NCBI GenBank assembly: GCA_006226225.1
Contig: SBHI01000063.1
Location: forward strand, 1 to 37,502
From: Alphaproteobacteria bacterium
GTDB lineage: Bacteria; Pseudomonadota; Alphaproteobacteria; Micavibrionales; CSBR16-224
Length of the DNA stretch: 37,502 nucleotides
Direction: 5' to 3'
Below the pieces are notes generated by a model, which had not been told where the DNA came from, searched no databases, and saw only the letters and a list, made by a program, of their open reading frames with translations. Numbering within the stretch: position 1 is the first letter of the stretch; each line of letters opens with the position of its first letter. Shown one piece after another: positions 7,920-16,705 of the stretch. A program made the translations under genes and the position numbers.

Positions 7920-10112
7920 TTAGGACTTAACTGTGGCCAGTTTTCCGGGTGGCTGCAGGTCATCTGCATAAGTGCGCATGAACTGCATTAATTCGGCACT
8001 TGGAATAGGTTTGCTGTATTTAAAGCCTTGAACTTCATCACAACCTTCCTGTTTCAGGAAGGCTTCATGTTCATTGGTTTCAACACCCTCGGCGATAACA
8101 TTCAGGCTTAAACTGTGCCCCAGGCTGATGATGGTTTTGGTAATCGACATGTCATCAGGATTGGACAAGGCGTTACGGATAAAAGACTGGTCAATCTTCA
8201 GACGGTCAATCGGGAATTGGCGCAAATAGCTTAAGGACGAATAACCGGTTCCGAAGTCATCAATGGCCAGTTCGATCCCCAGCTGGTGCAGTTTGTTCAG
8301 CGTGGCAATCGTTGTTTCGATTTCATCCATGAAGATGCTTTCCGTGACCTCCAGTTCCAGGAATTTCGGATCAATGCCGGTTTCCTGCAGAACGTCCGAG
8401 ACGATACGCACAAGATTACTGCGGTGGAACTGCACACCGGAAATATTGACCGCCATACGGATAGGCGGAAAGCCTTCTTTCAGCCAATCCGTTGCCGTTT
8501 GGCAGGCCGTGCGCAGCACCCATTCGCCGATGGGAACGATCAGGCCCGATTGTTCCGCGACGGGAATGAAATCGGCAGGTGAAATAAAATGACCGCCATC
8601 CTTGCTTTTATCGGGTTTCCACCAGCGCAGCAGCGCCTCCGTACCGATCATTTTGCCGGTATGCAGGTCGAATTGCGGCTGGTAATGCAGAATGAATTGG
8701 TCTTCATCCAGCGCGACGCGCAGATCCCGCAGCATCTGGAAGCGTTTCTGGACGGCTTTGTCGAAATCCTCGGAGTAGTAACGCGCCGTGTTACGGCCGT
8801 CTTCTTTGGAACGGTTCAGGGCAATATCCGCGTTTTTCAACAGTTTCGCGCCGTCAATACCGTCGCCGGGGCTGTTGGAAACACCGATGGAGCCACCGAT
8901 TTTAAAGCTTTCCTGATAAATCGTGATGGGTTCTTCCAGCGCGGCAAAGACTTTTTCGACAAATTCCTGCGGACGCTGTTTATCCGTCATCGGCACCAGA
9001 ATGTTAAATTCATCGGCGCTGGCGCGGGAAATAACGGCGTTTTCCGGCATGTTATGAACAAAACGCTGTGCAACGGCTTCCAGAACTTTGTCGCCGACTT
9101 CATGGCCCAGCGTATCATTCACATCTTTAAAGTTATCAAGGTCAATTGCCATCACGACCAGTTTTTTATCATCCTTGATGACCATGTTTTTAATATATTC
9201 GTCCATTTTCTCCATGAACATACTGCGGTTGGGTAGATTTGTCAGGCGGTCGAAATAAGCCAGTTTGTGAATACGATCCTCTGCCTGCGAACGTAGACGC
9301 AGCAAGTTGGTGGCATTCTGGCGGATCAGGTCATTGGCGATTTTCAGTGCGACCCCGACCTCGTCGGTGCTTTCGGTGCGCGGCTGCATAATATTCGGTG
9401 TTTCCGGATGTTTGGCGGCATCAATCAGGTTGTTCCGCAGCAGAATAACCGGTTCCAGCAGCCAGCGGCCGATGGACAGCATCAGCACGACGGTCACCAA
9501 ACTGGACAGGATCAGCATAATCAAGGCGCTATTGATGATATATGTTTTCAGCGCACTGACCAGATTTGAAGAATCCATATGCACAACGATGGTATAGGGA
9601 CGGCCCAGATCCAGCGGCGCATAGACGACATTTAGGAAATCTTTTTTACGGCTTAGGGATACCTGATTTTCTCCGGTCTGTGCCGCCTGCTTGATGGTCT
9701 CGTCGGACATTTGCAGCAGATTGCCATAGGCACCCAGATGGTTATATTCCAGATCGTAAATGGACAAGCCGATAATCAGTGTTCGGGTCAGCAGGGCATC
9801 GGCGGATTTGTCGCTGATCGGCAAAACAGACATATCGCGTTTCACTGCCGTATGATCCATGGAGGAAATCAGGGCGATTTTACCGTTTTCTTTTAGGTGA
9901 TCAATATATTCGCCTTGGAAATTCGGCAGGGTGACGGCAAGGGCGAGGGTCTGGATGATAATCAGCGTAAAAAAGGCGCGCATGCTGATCTTCCAGCCGA
10001 TTCGGCTGAACCACAGCTGCATAGGCGAAATTTTAAATTCGCCGACCCGTCCGGAAAAAGCCTTTTTTTTAAGCGACTTCCCCGTCGGCTCTTCTTCTTT
10101 CTGCTCTTCCAA
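7920..10112 (-). CDS. Membrane-bound degenerate-GGDEF/EAL protein, probable c-di-GMP phosphodiesterase
   Basis: TTG start with GAGGGGAG Shine-Dalgarno. Two TMs and a HAMP-like linker. GGDEF site reads SADEF. EAL domain is intact (TEALLRW, ELEVTES, DDFGTGYSSLSYL, KIDQSF, AEGVET, QGF). Confidence 0.9.
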   Translation of the reverse strand: MEEQKEEEPTGKSLKKKAFSGRVGEFKISPMQLWFSRIGWKISMRAFFTLIIIQTLALAVTLPNFQGEYIDHLKENGKIALISSMDHTAVKRDMSVLPISDKSADALLTRTLIIGLSIYDLEYNHLGAYGNLLQMSDETIKQAAQTGENQVSLSRKKDFLNVVYAPLDLGRPYTIVVHMDSSNLVSALKTYIINSALIMLILSSLVTVVLMLSIGRWLLEPVILLRNNLIDAAKHPETPNIMQPRTESTDEVGVALKIANDLIRQNATNLLRLRSQAEDRIHKLAYFDRLTNLPNRSMFMEKMDEYIKNMVIKDDKKLVVMAIDLDNFKDVNDTLGHEVGDKVLEAVAQRFVHNMPENAVISRASADEFNILVPMTDKQRPQEFVEKVFAALEEPITIYQESFKIGGSIGVSNSPGDGIDGAKLLKNADIALNRSKEDGRNTARYYSEDFDKAVQKRFQMLRDLRVALDEDQFILHYQPQFDLHTGKMIGTEALLRWWKPDKSKDGGHFISPADFIPVAEQSGLIVPIGEWVLRTACQTATDWLKEGFPPIRMAVNISGVQFHRSNLVRIVSDVLQETGIDPKFLELEVTESIFMDEIETTIATLNKLHQLGIELAIDDFGTGYSSLSYLRQFPIDRLKIDQSFIRNALSNPDDMSITKTIISLGHSLSLNVIAEGVETNEHEAFLKQEGCDEVQGFKYSKPIPSAELMQFMRTYADDLQPPGKLATVKS

Positions 10113-10120
10113 AATAACTC

Positions 10121-10156
10121 CCCTCGAGAAGAGGGTAAGAGATCGTTTCTTACCCT
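10121..10156 (-). promoter_or_regulatory. Structured 5' leader with overlapping alternative hairpins
   Basis: A perfect 9-bp stem AGGGTAAGA/TCTTACCCT (10132-40 with 10148-56) overlaps a 5-bp CCCTC/GAGGG stem (10121-10135) that covers part of the Shine-Dalgarno. Confidence 0.45.
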
Positions 10157-10263
10157 AATAGATTGTATTCTACAGAAACGGTCTTAAAAAACAGTATAAT
10201 TTTTCAAAAACCGTAAAATTGTGAAGAAATAATGCCGAAAAAACTGGAAAAGTGAAATAATAT

Positions 10264-10292
10264 TTGCAAAACAACCGCTGTTCCGCTAGCAT
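10264..10292 (+). promoter_or_regulatory. Putative sigma70 promoter
   Basis: TTGCAA-N17-TAGCAT, 35 bp upstream of the ATG at 10328. Confidence 0.45.
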
Positions 10293-10327
10293 ATGGCAAC
10301 TATAGCTTTTATCAAGACCGGGAGAAG

Positions 10328-11653
10328 ATGAAACACAACGTTTCCGCAGACACGGCCCGTGGTTTAAGTGAGCAGGCATCCGGCTCTGCGAAAGGTGTCC
10401 CGTCGTCACCATCCCGTGCATTCTTCCTTCAAAATATCCGTGGACGTTTCGGTATGATGATTTCTCAAAAAGAGAAAGAACTCGCCCGCACAACTGACCA
10501 GCAAGCAATTGAAAAGCTTCAGAAAAGTATCGGCAGCCAGAAAGACAAGCTGCAGAAATTCGAGGAAGCACTGGAAAATATTCCGCCGCAATTCACATTG
10601 AGCGAGCTGGTCTATACCCGTATTTCCAAAGAACAGAATAAAAAGACGGAGCGCGAATATTCCGACTATGTCCGGCCGCGCTTCCTGATGTTTCTGGCGG
10701 ATAAGTTTCCGGCAGAGCTGAAAAAACTCGGTATTTGCGATCACGGCATCAAACGGATGAAACACGGGTTGGATCCCGCCGATGAAGACCGCGCGGTATA
10801 TAATATGACGGTCGACCATATTATCGAACGTTCCGGCAGCGGCGACTGGGGCCATGATCAGGAGCTGGATGAAAGCATCCATAACGGTCACCGCAAAACA
10901 TATAAGGTCAATCATTTCTCGAATTTGATCCTGCTGCCGGCCAGTATCCATGACGGTATCAAGAACGCCATTAACGAAGTGCAGGAACTGCCGAATTTAA
11001 AACCCGGTGATACCAGCTGGGCCATGATGATGGTCACGCGCGGGCGCACCGAGGCCGAATGCTATATGTATGTGCCGGAAGATGCCGAAGAACAGAAGAA
11101 ATTCGTCTGGAAACATCAGCGCCGCATTTCCAATGAAATTTACCAGATCGGCGTGATGGCCGGACAATTGACCTCGGAATGCCGCATTTTTCAGGAATAT
11201 GAAGAGGCGCGGAAAGAAAAATCCGGCAAAGGAAAAAAGAACGGCGTGTCCGGCAAGTTTAACGCGGGCGAGGATGCGCAGCGCGTCTTTGACCGCCGCA
11301 TTAAACCGCTGGTACAGGAATTGCTGGATATCATTGACAGCGTTGAAGAGCGTATCGAACAAAACAGGCAACGCGATCCTGCCGGTATGGAGGAATGCGA
11401 ACGCCAGCTGACCGGTGCTTTGCAGCGTCCGGTCTTCGGCCCGTTGCGTTCGCAGCTGCGAAAGGTCGAGGATATGACAGGAAAATCCGTCGGCAAGCCT
11501 CTGATGATCCGCCGCCGCAACCTGCTGGAAGACTTAACGGGCGGCCATCCTTTTGACGGCAAATACCAGCCGCGTGCAGCGAATAGCAACCAGCCGAAAA
11601 AAGCACCGCATCCGCATAAGCTGGATCACAAGCGCGGTGGCTTCAAGAAGTAA
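10328..11653 (+). CDS. Orphan protein with an HNH-like nuclease motif and basic C-terminal tail
   Basis: GGGAG Shine-Dalgarno. TVDHIIERSGSG...NHFSNLILLPASIHDGIKN fits the beta-beta-alpha-metal pattern. Coiled-coil segments. Ends in KLDHKRGGFKK. Confidence 0.6.
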   Translation: MKHNVSADTARGLSEQASGSAKGVPSSPSRAFFLQNIRGRFGMMISQKEKELARTTDQQAIEKLQKSIGSQKDKLQKFEEALENIPPQFTLSELVYTRISKEQNKKTEREYSDYVRPRFLMFLADKFPAELKKLGICDHGIKRMKHGLDPADEDRAVYNMTVDHIIERSGSGDWGHDQELDESIHNGHRKTYKVNHFSNLILLPASIHDGIKNAINEVQELPNLKPGDTSWAMMMVTRGRTEAECYMYVPEDAEEQKKFVWKHQRRISNEIYQIGVMAGQLTSECRIFQEYEEARKEKSGKGKKNGVSGKFNAGEDAQRVFDRRIKPLVQELLDIIDSVEERIEQNRQRDPAGMEECERQLTGALQRPVFGPLRSQLRKVEDMTGKSVGKPLMIRRRNLLEDLTGGHPFDGKYQPRAANSNQPKKAPHPHKLDHKRGGFKK

Positions 11654-11710
11654 TCACCTTTAATAATAATGACTGTGAAGCGACCGGACGCAGGCAAGCG
11701 TGCGATGATG

Positions 11711-13078
11711 CTACTTGTCCGACAGGCCAAAGGCATAAAGCCGTGCATCCCGTGACAGGATATAAAGCGTGCCATCAGCGACAACCGGCGGCACAATCGT
11801 ACCACCTTTGACTTTCAGCCTGCCGGTCATCTCGCCCGTATAGGGGTTCATCAGCAAAATATGCCCCGTATTCCCCGCAAGGATTAAACGCTCTCCGGCC
11901 AGAACCGGCCCCGTCCAGACGGCAGGGGTTTTGTCCTTTTCATTCAGCACGGTCTGCAGGCGCGTGACCCAATGAATTTGCCCGCTGTGGCGGCTTAGTG
12001 CGACAAGCTGCTGATCCGATGTCAGGGTGAAAACGGTATCACCTGCCGACCAGGGCGTTTCCGTACCGCCAATTTCCTTTTGCCAGACGCGCCGTCCGGT
12101 ATTTTCATCCAGCGCCAGCATACGGCCACTGGCACCGATGACATATATAATGCCGCGATCCATGACCGGCATGCCGCGAATATCGGAAATACCGGGCAAA
12201 GCGCCATAGCGTTTCAGCGAGGCAAGATTATCCTGCCACAAGACCTGTCCGTTTTCCGTACGCAGCGCCAAGACTTCTCCCGAAGACAGTGCGGCCACAA
12301 TTGTGTTGCGGTCAACGGCGGGGCTTGAGGAACCAAGCAGATTGGTTGTTTCGACCACGCCGGTATAATTCCACAGGAACTTGCCGTCTTCTGCGGCAAA
12401 TGCCTGCACCTGATTGTCCAGCGTAATGACAAAGACGCGTCCGTCAGCCACTGCAGGGGAAGAGCGTGTCGGCGAGGTTGTGTTTTGTTTCCAGACCGTT
12501 TCGCCGGTTTCCGGTTTCAAGGATAAAATCTCGCGGTATCCGGCAGTGACGTAAAGATGGCCGTCGGAAAAAGCGAGCCCCCCGCCTGCCGTGCCGATAT
12601 TTTCTTCGTTATGCGGCACGATTTTGCGGTCCCACAGCTTTTTGCCGTTTGCAGCGTTAAAGGCGGAGACGCGGGCGCTAGCATCAATCGTGAAAATGCG
12701 GCCATCTGCGATAACGGGCTGTGTCAGAATCGGTTTGTTGTTTTTTCCTGCCTTGCCGACGGATGTTGACCACTTCTGCACCAGCGGCGTGTCGAGCGTC
12801 AAATGCCCCATCGCATGGCTGGGGTAACCGCTGGCCTGTGGCCAAAAGCTGTTGCGCCAGTTTTCCGGCAATTCCATCTGCGTTGCGGCCAGAACTGGGT
12901 CAGGTTCCAGTTCTTCCTGATATTGCAGAACGGAAAGGCGATCCCCCGGCAGCGGCGGGTCGTCACCGTCATCAAAGATCTTGTTGATGCGGCTGCAGCC
13001 TGCAGCGGGCAGCATTGTTGCCGTCAGCAACAGCACAAAAAGAAAATTACGCAAGTGTTTCATCCGGAAAGATGTCAT
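11711..13078 (-). CDS. bamB: Outer membrane protein assembly factor BamB (PQQ-like beta-propeller lipoprotein)
   Basis: Lipobox AAGC, LPGDRLSVL, WPQASG, repeated PVIADG/GKKLW propeller blades. Lies downstream of a YfgM-like gene. Confidence 0.88.
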   Translation of the reverse strand: MTSFRMKHLRNFLFVLLLTATMLPAAGCSRINKIFDDGDDPPLPGDRLSVLQYQEELEPDPVLAATQMELPENWRNSFWPQASGYPSHAMGHLTLDTPLVQKWSTSVGKAGKNNKPILTQPVIADGRIFTIDASARVSAFNAANGKKLWDRKIVPHNEENIGTAGGGLAFSDGHLYVTAGYREILSLKPETGETVWKQNTTSPTRSSPAVADGRVFVITLDNQVQAFAAEDGKFLWNYTGVVETTNLLGSSSPAVDRNTIVAALSSGEVLALRTENGQVLWQDNLASLKRYGALPGISDIRGMPVMDRGIIYVIGASGRMLALDENTGRRVWQKEIGGTETPWSAGDTVFTLTSDQQLVALSRHSGQIHWVTRLQTVLNEKDKTPAVWTGPVLAGERLILAGNTGHILLMNPYTGEMTGRLKVKGGTIVPPVVADGTLYILSRDARLYAFGLSDK

Positions 13079-13090
13079 GCCGTGTCCGAT

Positions 13091-13744
13091 CTAGTTTTGC
13101 AGAGACGCGTTGTTTTCCGCCTTTTTAATGGCATAAAGGGCGCCGAGCTTTTCGATGCGGGTACGCATGTCTTGCGGCAGATCCGGCTTTTGCAGCAGAT
13201 TGTCAAAAATGCGCAAAGCTTTGTCGAAATCTTTTTGCCGTGCTGCCAATACGGCCAGTAATTCCTGCGCCGTCAGGCTCCATGCACTGCCACTGCTAAG
13301 CGGCAGCAGCTTTTTTTCCAGTGCGGCGGGATCGGCTGTGCTGAGCAAATGCGATGCTTCCATCACGGCGGCAAGGTCGCGGTACATTTTGTCGGCTTTG
13401 CCAGCGGCTTGCGCAGCACGCAGCTGTTTTACGGCTTCGTCATTGCGGCCTTTTTTGAATAAAACACCGGCGGCTGATAAACGCGCCAGCGCGGCATGAT
13501 CACCTTTTGCGGAATCGGCATAATTCAGGATGCTGTCGACATCATTGCCTTTAAAGGCATGGTAATAGGCGGTGGTGGCATCCATCTTCTGTTGATAGTC
13601 CCAGTTGCGCCAATAAGACAGCCCCGCCGTCAGTACAACGGCAAAGATAATGCTGCCGATGATGAAATTCCTGTTTTCCTGCCAGAGGAGCTCCAGCTTT
13701 TCCTGTTTCAGATCCTGCTGCGCTTCGTCCAGAATATCAGCCAT
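13091..13744 (-). CDS. YfgM-like TPR protein (ancillary SecYEG subunit)
   Basis: MADILDEAQQDLKQEKLELLW start motif, single TM, TPR-like helices, usual position before bamB. Start moved to ATG 13744. Confidence 0.8.
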   Translation of the reverse strand: MADILDEAQQDLKQEKLELLWQENRNFIIGSIIFAVVLTAGLSYWRNWDYQQKMDATTAYYHAFKGNDVDSILNYADSAKGDHAALARLSAAGVLFKKGRNDEAVKQLRAAQAAGKADKMYRDLAAVMEASHLLSTADPAALEKKLLPLSSGSAWSLTAQELLAVLAARQKDFDKALRIFDNLLQKPDLPQDMRTRIEKLGALYAIKKAENNASLQN

Positions 13745-13931
13745 TATTTTGCTGCCCTTCAACATATTTTGTTTTTTTAAGTCTGCACCCAAGACAGCAA
13801 AAACGGGCGTTGGGGTCAAGAGAAATATAAACGCGTTAGACCATTTACAAGCCGAAGCGATTTTTATATATTGCCCGCTAACAGCTTTTTTACGAAATAT
13901 TCATTATGTGACATTTTTGGAGGTACGGCCC

Positions 13932-14564
13932 ATGGCAGAGAAGAAACCGAGCATCTGGAATATCCGCAGATACCTGCCGGAAGAAAAGGATGTGAATACT
14001 GTTGATAAACAGGGGCTGACCAAAATTTTTCAGGCCGCGCAAAAAGGCAAAGGCTCCGAAATGCGCACACTGATCGAAAAAGGTGCCAATATTGATTTCC
14101 AGTTCCAGCGCGTTTCTGAATCAGCCTATTCGCTGACCAATCCACTGGGCACGCGTCCGGAATTTGCCGAAGGCTCGACACCGCTGCATGTGGCCGTCAT
14201 TCACGGCAATATCGACGCGATGAAAGTGCTGATGGATAACGGCGCGAAACTGAGCGAACGCGATCTTGACGGCTGCACGCCGCTGGATCGTGCACTGGAA
14301 AAATACATCAAACTTGATGATGAAAAAACCATGGCGTCGCCCGAGGAAAAACAGACCCGCGCGGTTAAAAAACGCGATAAGGAACACACGCGTTATAAAG
14401 TGATTTCCAAATTGCTGGCGAAAAACGGTGCCGAGGCGCATGTCTTCACAATGCCGGAAAAACTCAATGCCGAGGTTATGAAGGATGATGATATCGCCCT
14501 GTTTACCGAAGAGGCACGTGCCGCGCGTAAACGCCGTTTTCCGCGGATCCGCATTGACTTCTAA
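13932..14564 (+). CDS. Ankyrin repeat protein
   Basis: GGAGG Shine-Dalgarno before ATG 13932. GLTKIFQAAQKG..LIEKGANID, GSTPLHVAVIHGNIDAMKVLMDNGA, DGCTPLDRA. Arg-rich C-terminus. Confidence 0.88.
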   Translation: MAEKKPSIWNIRRYLPEEKDVNTVDKQGLTKIFQAAQKGKGSEMRTLIEKGANIDFQFQRVSESAYSLTNPLGTRPEFAEGSTPLHVAVIHGNIDAMKVLMDNGAKLSERDLDGCTPLDRALEKYIKLDDEKTMASPEEKQTRAVKKRDKEHTRYKVISKLLAKNGAEAHVFTMPEKLNAEVMKDDDIALFTEEARAARKRRFPRIRIDF

Positions 14565-14591
14565 TTCATTTTCTTTCGGGGAGAGAGAAAA

Positions 14592-14626
14592 ATACGGCGC
14601 TTCCCGGAAGCGCCGTATGTATTTTT
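14592..14626 (+). terminator. Rho-independent terminator
   Basis: ATACGGCGCTTC-CCG-GAAGCGCCGTAT 12-bp stem followed by GTATTTTT, just after the ankyrin gene. Confidence 0.75.
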
Positions 14627-14731
14627 AGGGGGGCTTAAACCAAGTGTAAACCTCTTCCCTGTAGACTGAAGAGAAGAAGATAAAAAAACTGCCGCAGCAG
14701 AAGCGGTCAGGCAGATTGAGGGAAAAAATAA

Positions 14732-15184
14732 ATGCGGTTTCTCCGGTATATGTGGATTTGCGTATTTTTTTGCGGCATGGCGCTGGCCTTGCCGCTGCAT
14801 CAGGCTGCGGCATCCACGCCGGAAAAGCCTGAGGCCGAGAAAAAGGACGGGGAACTGGAATATGTGGATATGAATCCGATTCTGCTGCCGGTCATTAGCC
14901 GTGAAGGGAAAACGCAAAATATCAGCATCCTGATTTCCATCGGTATTGATCAGGGGCGCAAACCCTTTCTGGAAGGTTATCAGCCGCGCCTCGCCAATGC
15001 TTATATCCAGACGCTTTACAGCATGTTTGACAATGGCGAAGCCATTCGCCCAAACGGCGCTTTTGATGCGGAAAAGGTGCAGACGCGGTTGCTGGCGGTC
15101 ACGGAGAACATGCTGCATGATAACGAGCATCTGAAAGTGCATGACCTGTTATTGAAGGCCATGCAGGCCCGCGCATCCAATTAA
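14732..15184 (+). CDS. FliL-like protein
   Basis: N-terminal hydrophobic segment, YVDMNPILLPVI, and PRLANAYIQTLY resembling the FliL P.IRD helix. GAGGG Shine-Dalgarno. Confidence 0.6.
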   Translation: MRFLRYMWICVFFCGMALALPLHQAAASTPEKPEAEKKDGELEYVDMNPILLPVISREGKTQNISILISIGIDQGRKPFLEGYQPRLANAYIQTLYSMFDNGEAIRPNGAFDAEKVQTRLLAVTENMLHDNEHLKVHDLLLKAMQARASN

Positions 15185-15189
15185 ATTTT

Positions 15190-16089
15190 TTAGGCCCAGG
15201 ACGCTTCCGGCGGCAGCGACATTAAAATCGCTTCGACATTGCCGCCGGTTTTCAAGCCGAAAGCCGTGCCGCGGTCATAAATCAGATTGAACTCGGCATA
15301 ACGTCCGCGTTTTTGCAGCAATGCGGTGCGGTCTTCCGCCGTCCAGTCTTTATGCATGTGGCGGCGGACAAGCTGCGGATAGATATCCCGGAAGGCACGC
15401 CCGACATCCTGCGTGAAGGCAAAATCCTTGTCCCAGTCATCATTATTCAGCTGGTCGTAGAAAATGCCGCCGATGCCGCGGGCTTCATTCCGGTGCGGCA
15501 GGAAGAAATACTCGTCGCACCATTTTTTAAATTTCGGGTAATAACCGGCATCATGCAGGTCACAGGCCGCTTTCATCGCGCCGTGAAAATCCTGTATGTC
15601 CTGCTCCAGCGGGAAGACAGGTGTCAGATCGGCGCCACCGCCGAACCAGCTGCGCTGTGACGTCACAATATGGCGGGTGTTCATATGTACGGCGGGAACA
15701 TGCGGATTGCGCATATGGGCGACAAGGCTGATGCCGCTGGCCCAGAAATAACCGTCTTTATCTGCGCCGGGAATTTGGGCGCGGAATTCTTCACTAAAAG
15801 TGCCGTAAACCGTGGAGATATTGACGCCGACTTTTTCAAAGACACGCCCGCGCATAAGCGACATTGTGCCGCCGCCGCCGTGCTCGTCGCGGCCAGCCGT
15901 ATCACGCTGCCATGTTTTGCGGGTAAAACGGCCTGCGGGCAGGTCGCTTTCCGTCAGCTCGTCTTCCAGTTTTTCAAATTCCGCGCAGATGTCATTGCGC
16001 AGTTTTTCAAACCATAAAGCGGCACGGGTCTGGTCTTCGCCCTGCAGGTGAAATATTTCCTCCTGACGGGTCGGGGCATGTGCTGTCAT
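15190..16089 (-). CDS. hemF: Oxygen-dependent coproporphyrinogen III oxidase
   Basis: [63 protein letters not shown]. Confidence 0.96.
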   Translation of the reverse strand: MTAHAPTRQEEIFHLQGEDQTRAALWFEKLRNDICAEFEKLEDELTESDLPAGRFTRKTWQRDTAGRDEHGGGGTMSLMRGRVFEKVGVNISTVYGTFSEEFRAQIPGADKDGYFWASGISLVAHMRNPHVPAVHMNTRHIVTSQRSWFGGGADLTPVFPLEQDIQDFHGAMKAACDLHDAGYYPKFKKWCDEYFFLPHRNEARGIGGIFYDQLNNDDWDKDFAFTQDVGRAFRDIYPQLVRRHMHKDWTAEDRTALLQKRGRYAEFNLIYDRGTAFGLKTGGNVEAILMSLPPEASWA

Positions 16090-16149
16090 GCTGCAGTCTC
16101 CTTAGTATATGAAATACGGTCGGTTATCGCGCCCGTGATACCATATTTA

Positions 16150-16629
16150 TCAGGAGCGGACAACCCTGCCGTGGCGCGGAAACAGTCCCGTTTGCCGCAG
16201 GGCTTCTGCCAAAACGATGGAGCAGCTTTGCGTCAGATTCAGCGACCGGGCATGGGCGGCCATCGGAATCGTAATCCGCGCATCGGCATCGGCATGCACA
16301 TCATCGGGAACACCGACGCTTTCACGTCCGCCCAGCAGAATATCGCCCGGTCTGAAGGAAAAATCGGTGTAGAAGCAATCCGCTTTTGTGCTCAGCAGGA
16401 TAATCCGCCGGCCGTGTTTGCGGGTGTCCGCGTAAAATTCTTGCCAGTTACGGTGGCGGGTCAGATCCAGATGCTGCATGTAATCCATTCCCGCACGTTT
16501 CATGCGGCTGTCACTCAGTACAAAGCCACAGGGTTCGATAATTTCCAGCGGGACGGCGAAACAGCTGCATAGCCGCATAACGGCGCCGGTGTTTTGGGGG
16601 ATGTCGGGTTCATAGAGGGCAAGGCGCAT
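16150..16629 (-). CDS. trmL: tRNA (cytidine/uridine(34)-2'-O)-methyltransferase
   Basis: LYEPDIPQNTG, KRAGMDY, GRESVGVP, RSLNL SPOUT motifs. Confidence 0.93.
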   Translation of the reverse strand: MRLALYEPDIPQNTGAVMRLCSCFAVPLEIIEPCGFVLSDSRMKRAGMDYMQHLDLTRHRNWQEFYADTRKHGRRIILLSTKADCFYTDFSFRPGDILLGGRESVGVPDDVHADADARITIPMAAHARSLNLTQSCSIVLAEALRQTGLFPRHGRVVRS

Positions 16630-16705
16630 TTCTCGTTGTCACTTTCTGTTGTTTTCTGCTAGCTTGATTTTAAAGAATTTTCGACAGCGAAACAACGGAG
16701 CCGTT

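Noticed and set aside
10113-10327. c-di-GMP-I/II riboswitch upstream of the EAL gene
   Set aside because: No GEMM-type aptamer features recognised; only simple hairpins, reported separately.
13650-13931. Long upstream extensions in the ORF track (also 34685-34912, 23982-24197, 26561-26656, 36267-36326, 31526-31597)
   Set aside because: They overlap neighbouring genes or AT-rich intergenic DNA; downstream ATGs fit Shine-Dalgarno sites, signal peptides or family N-termini better.
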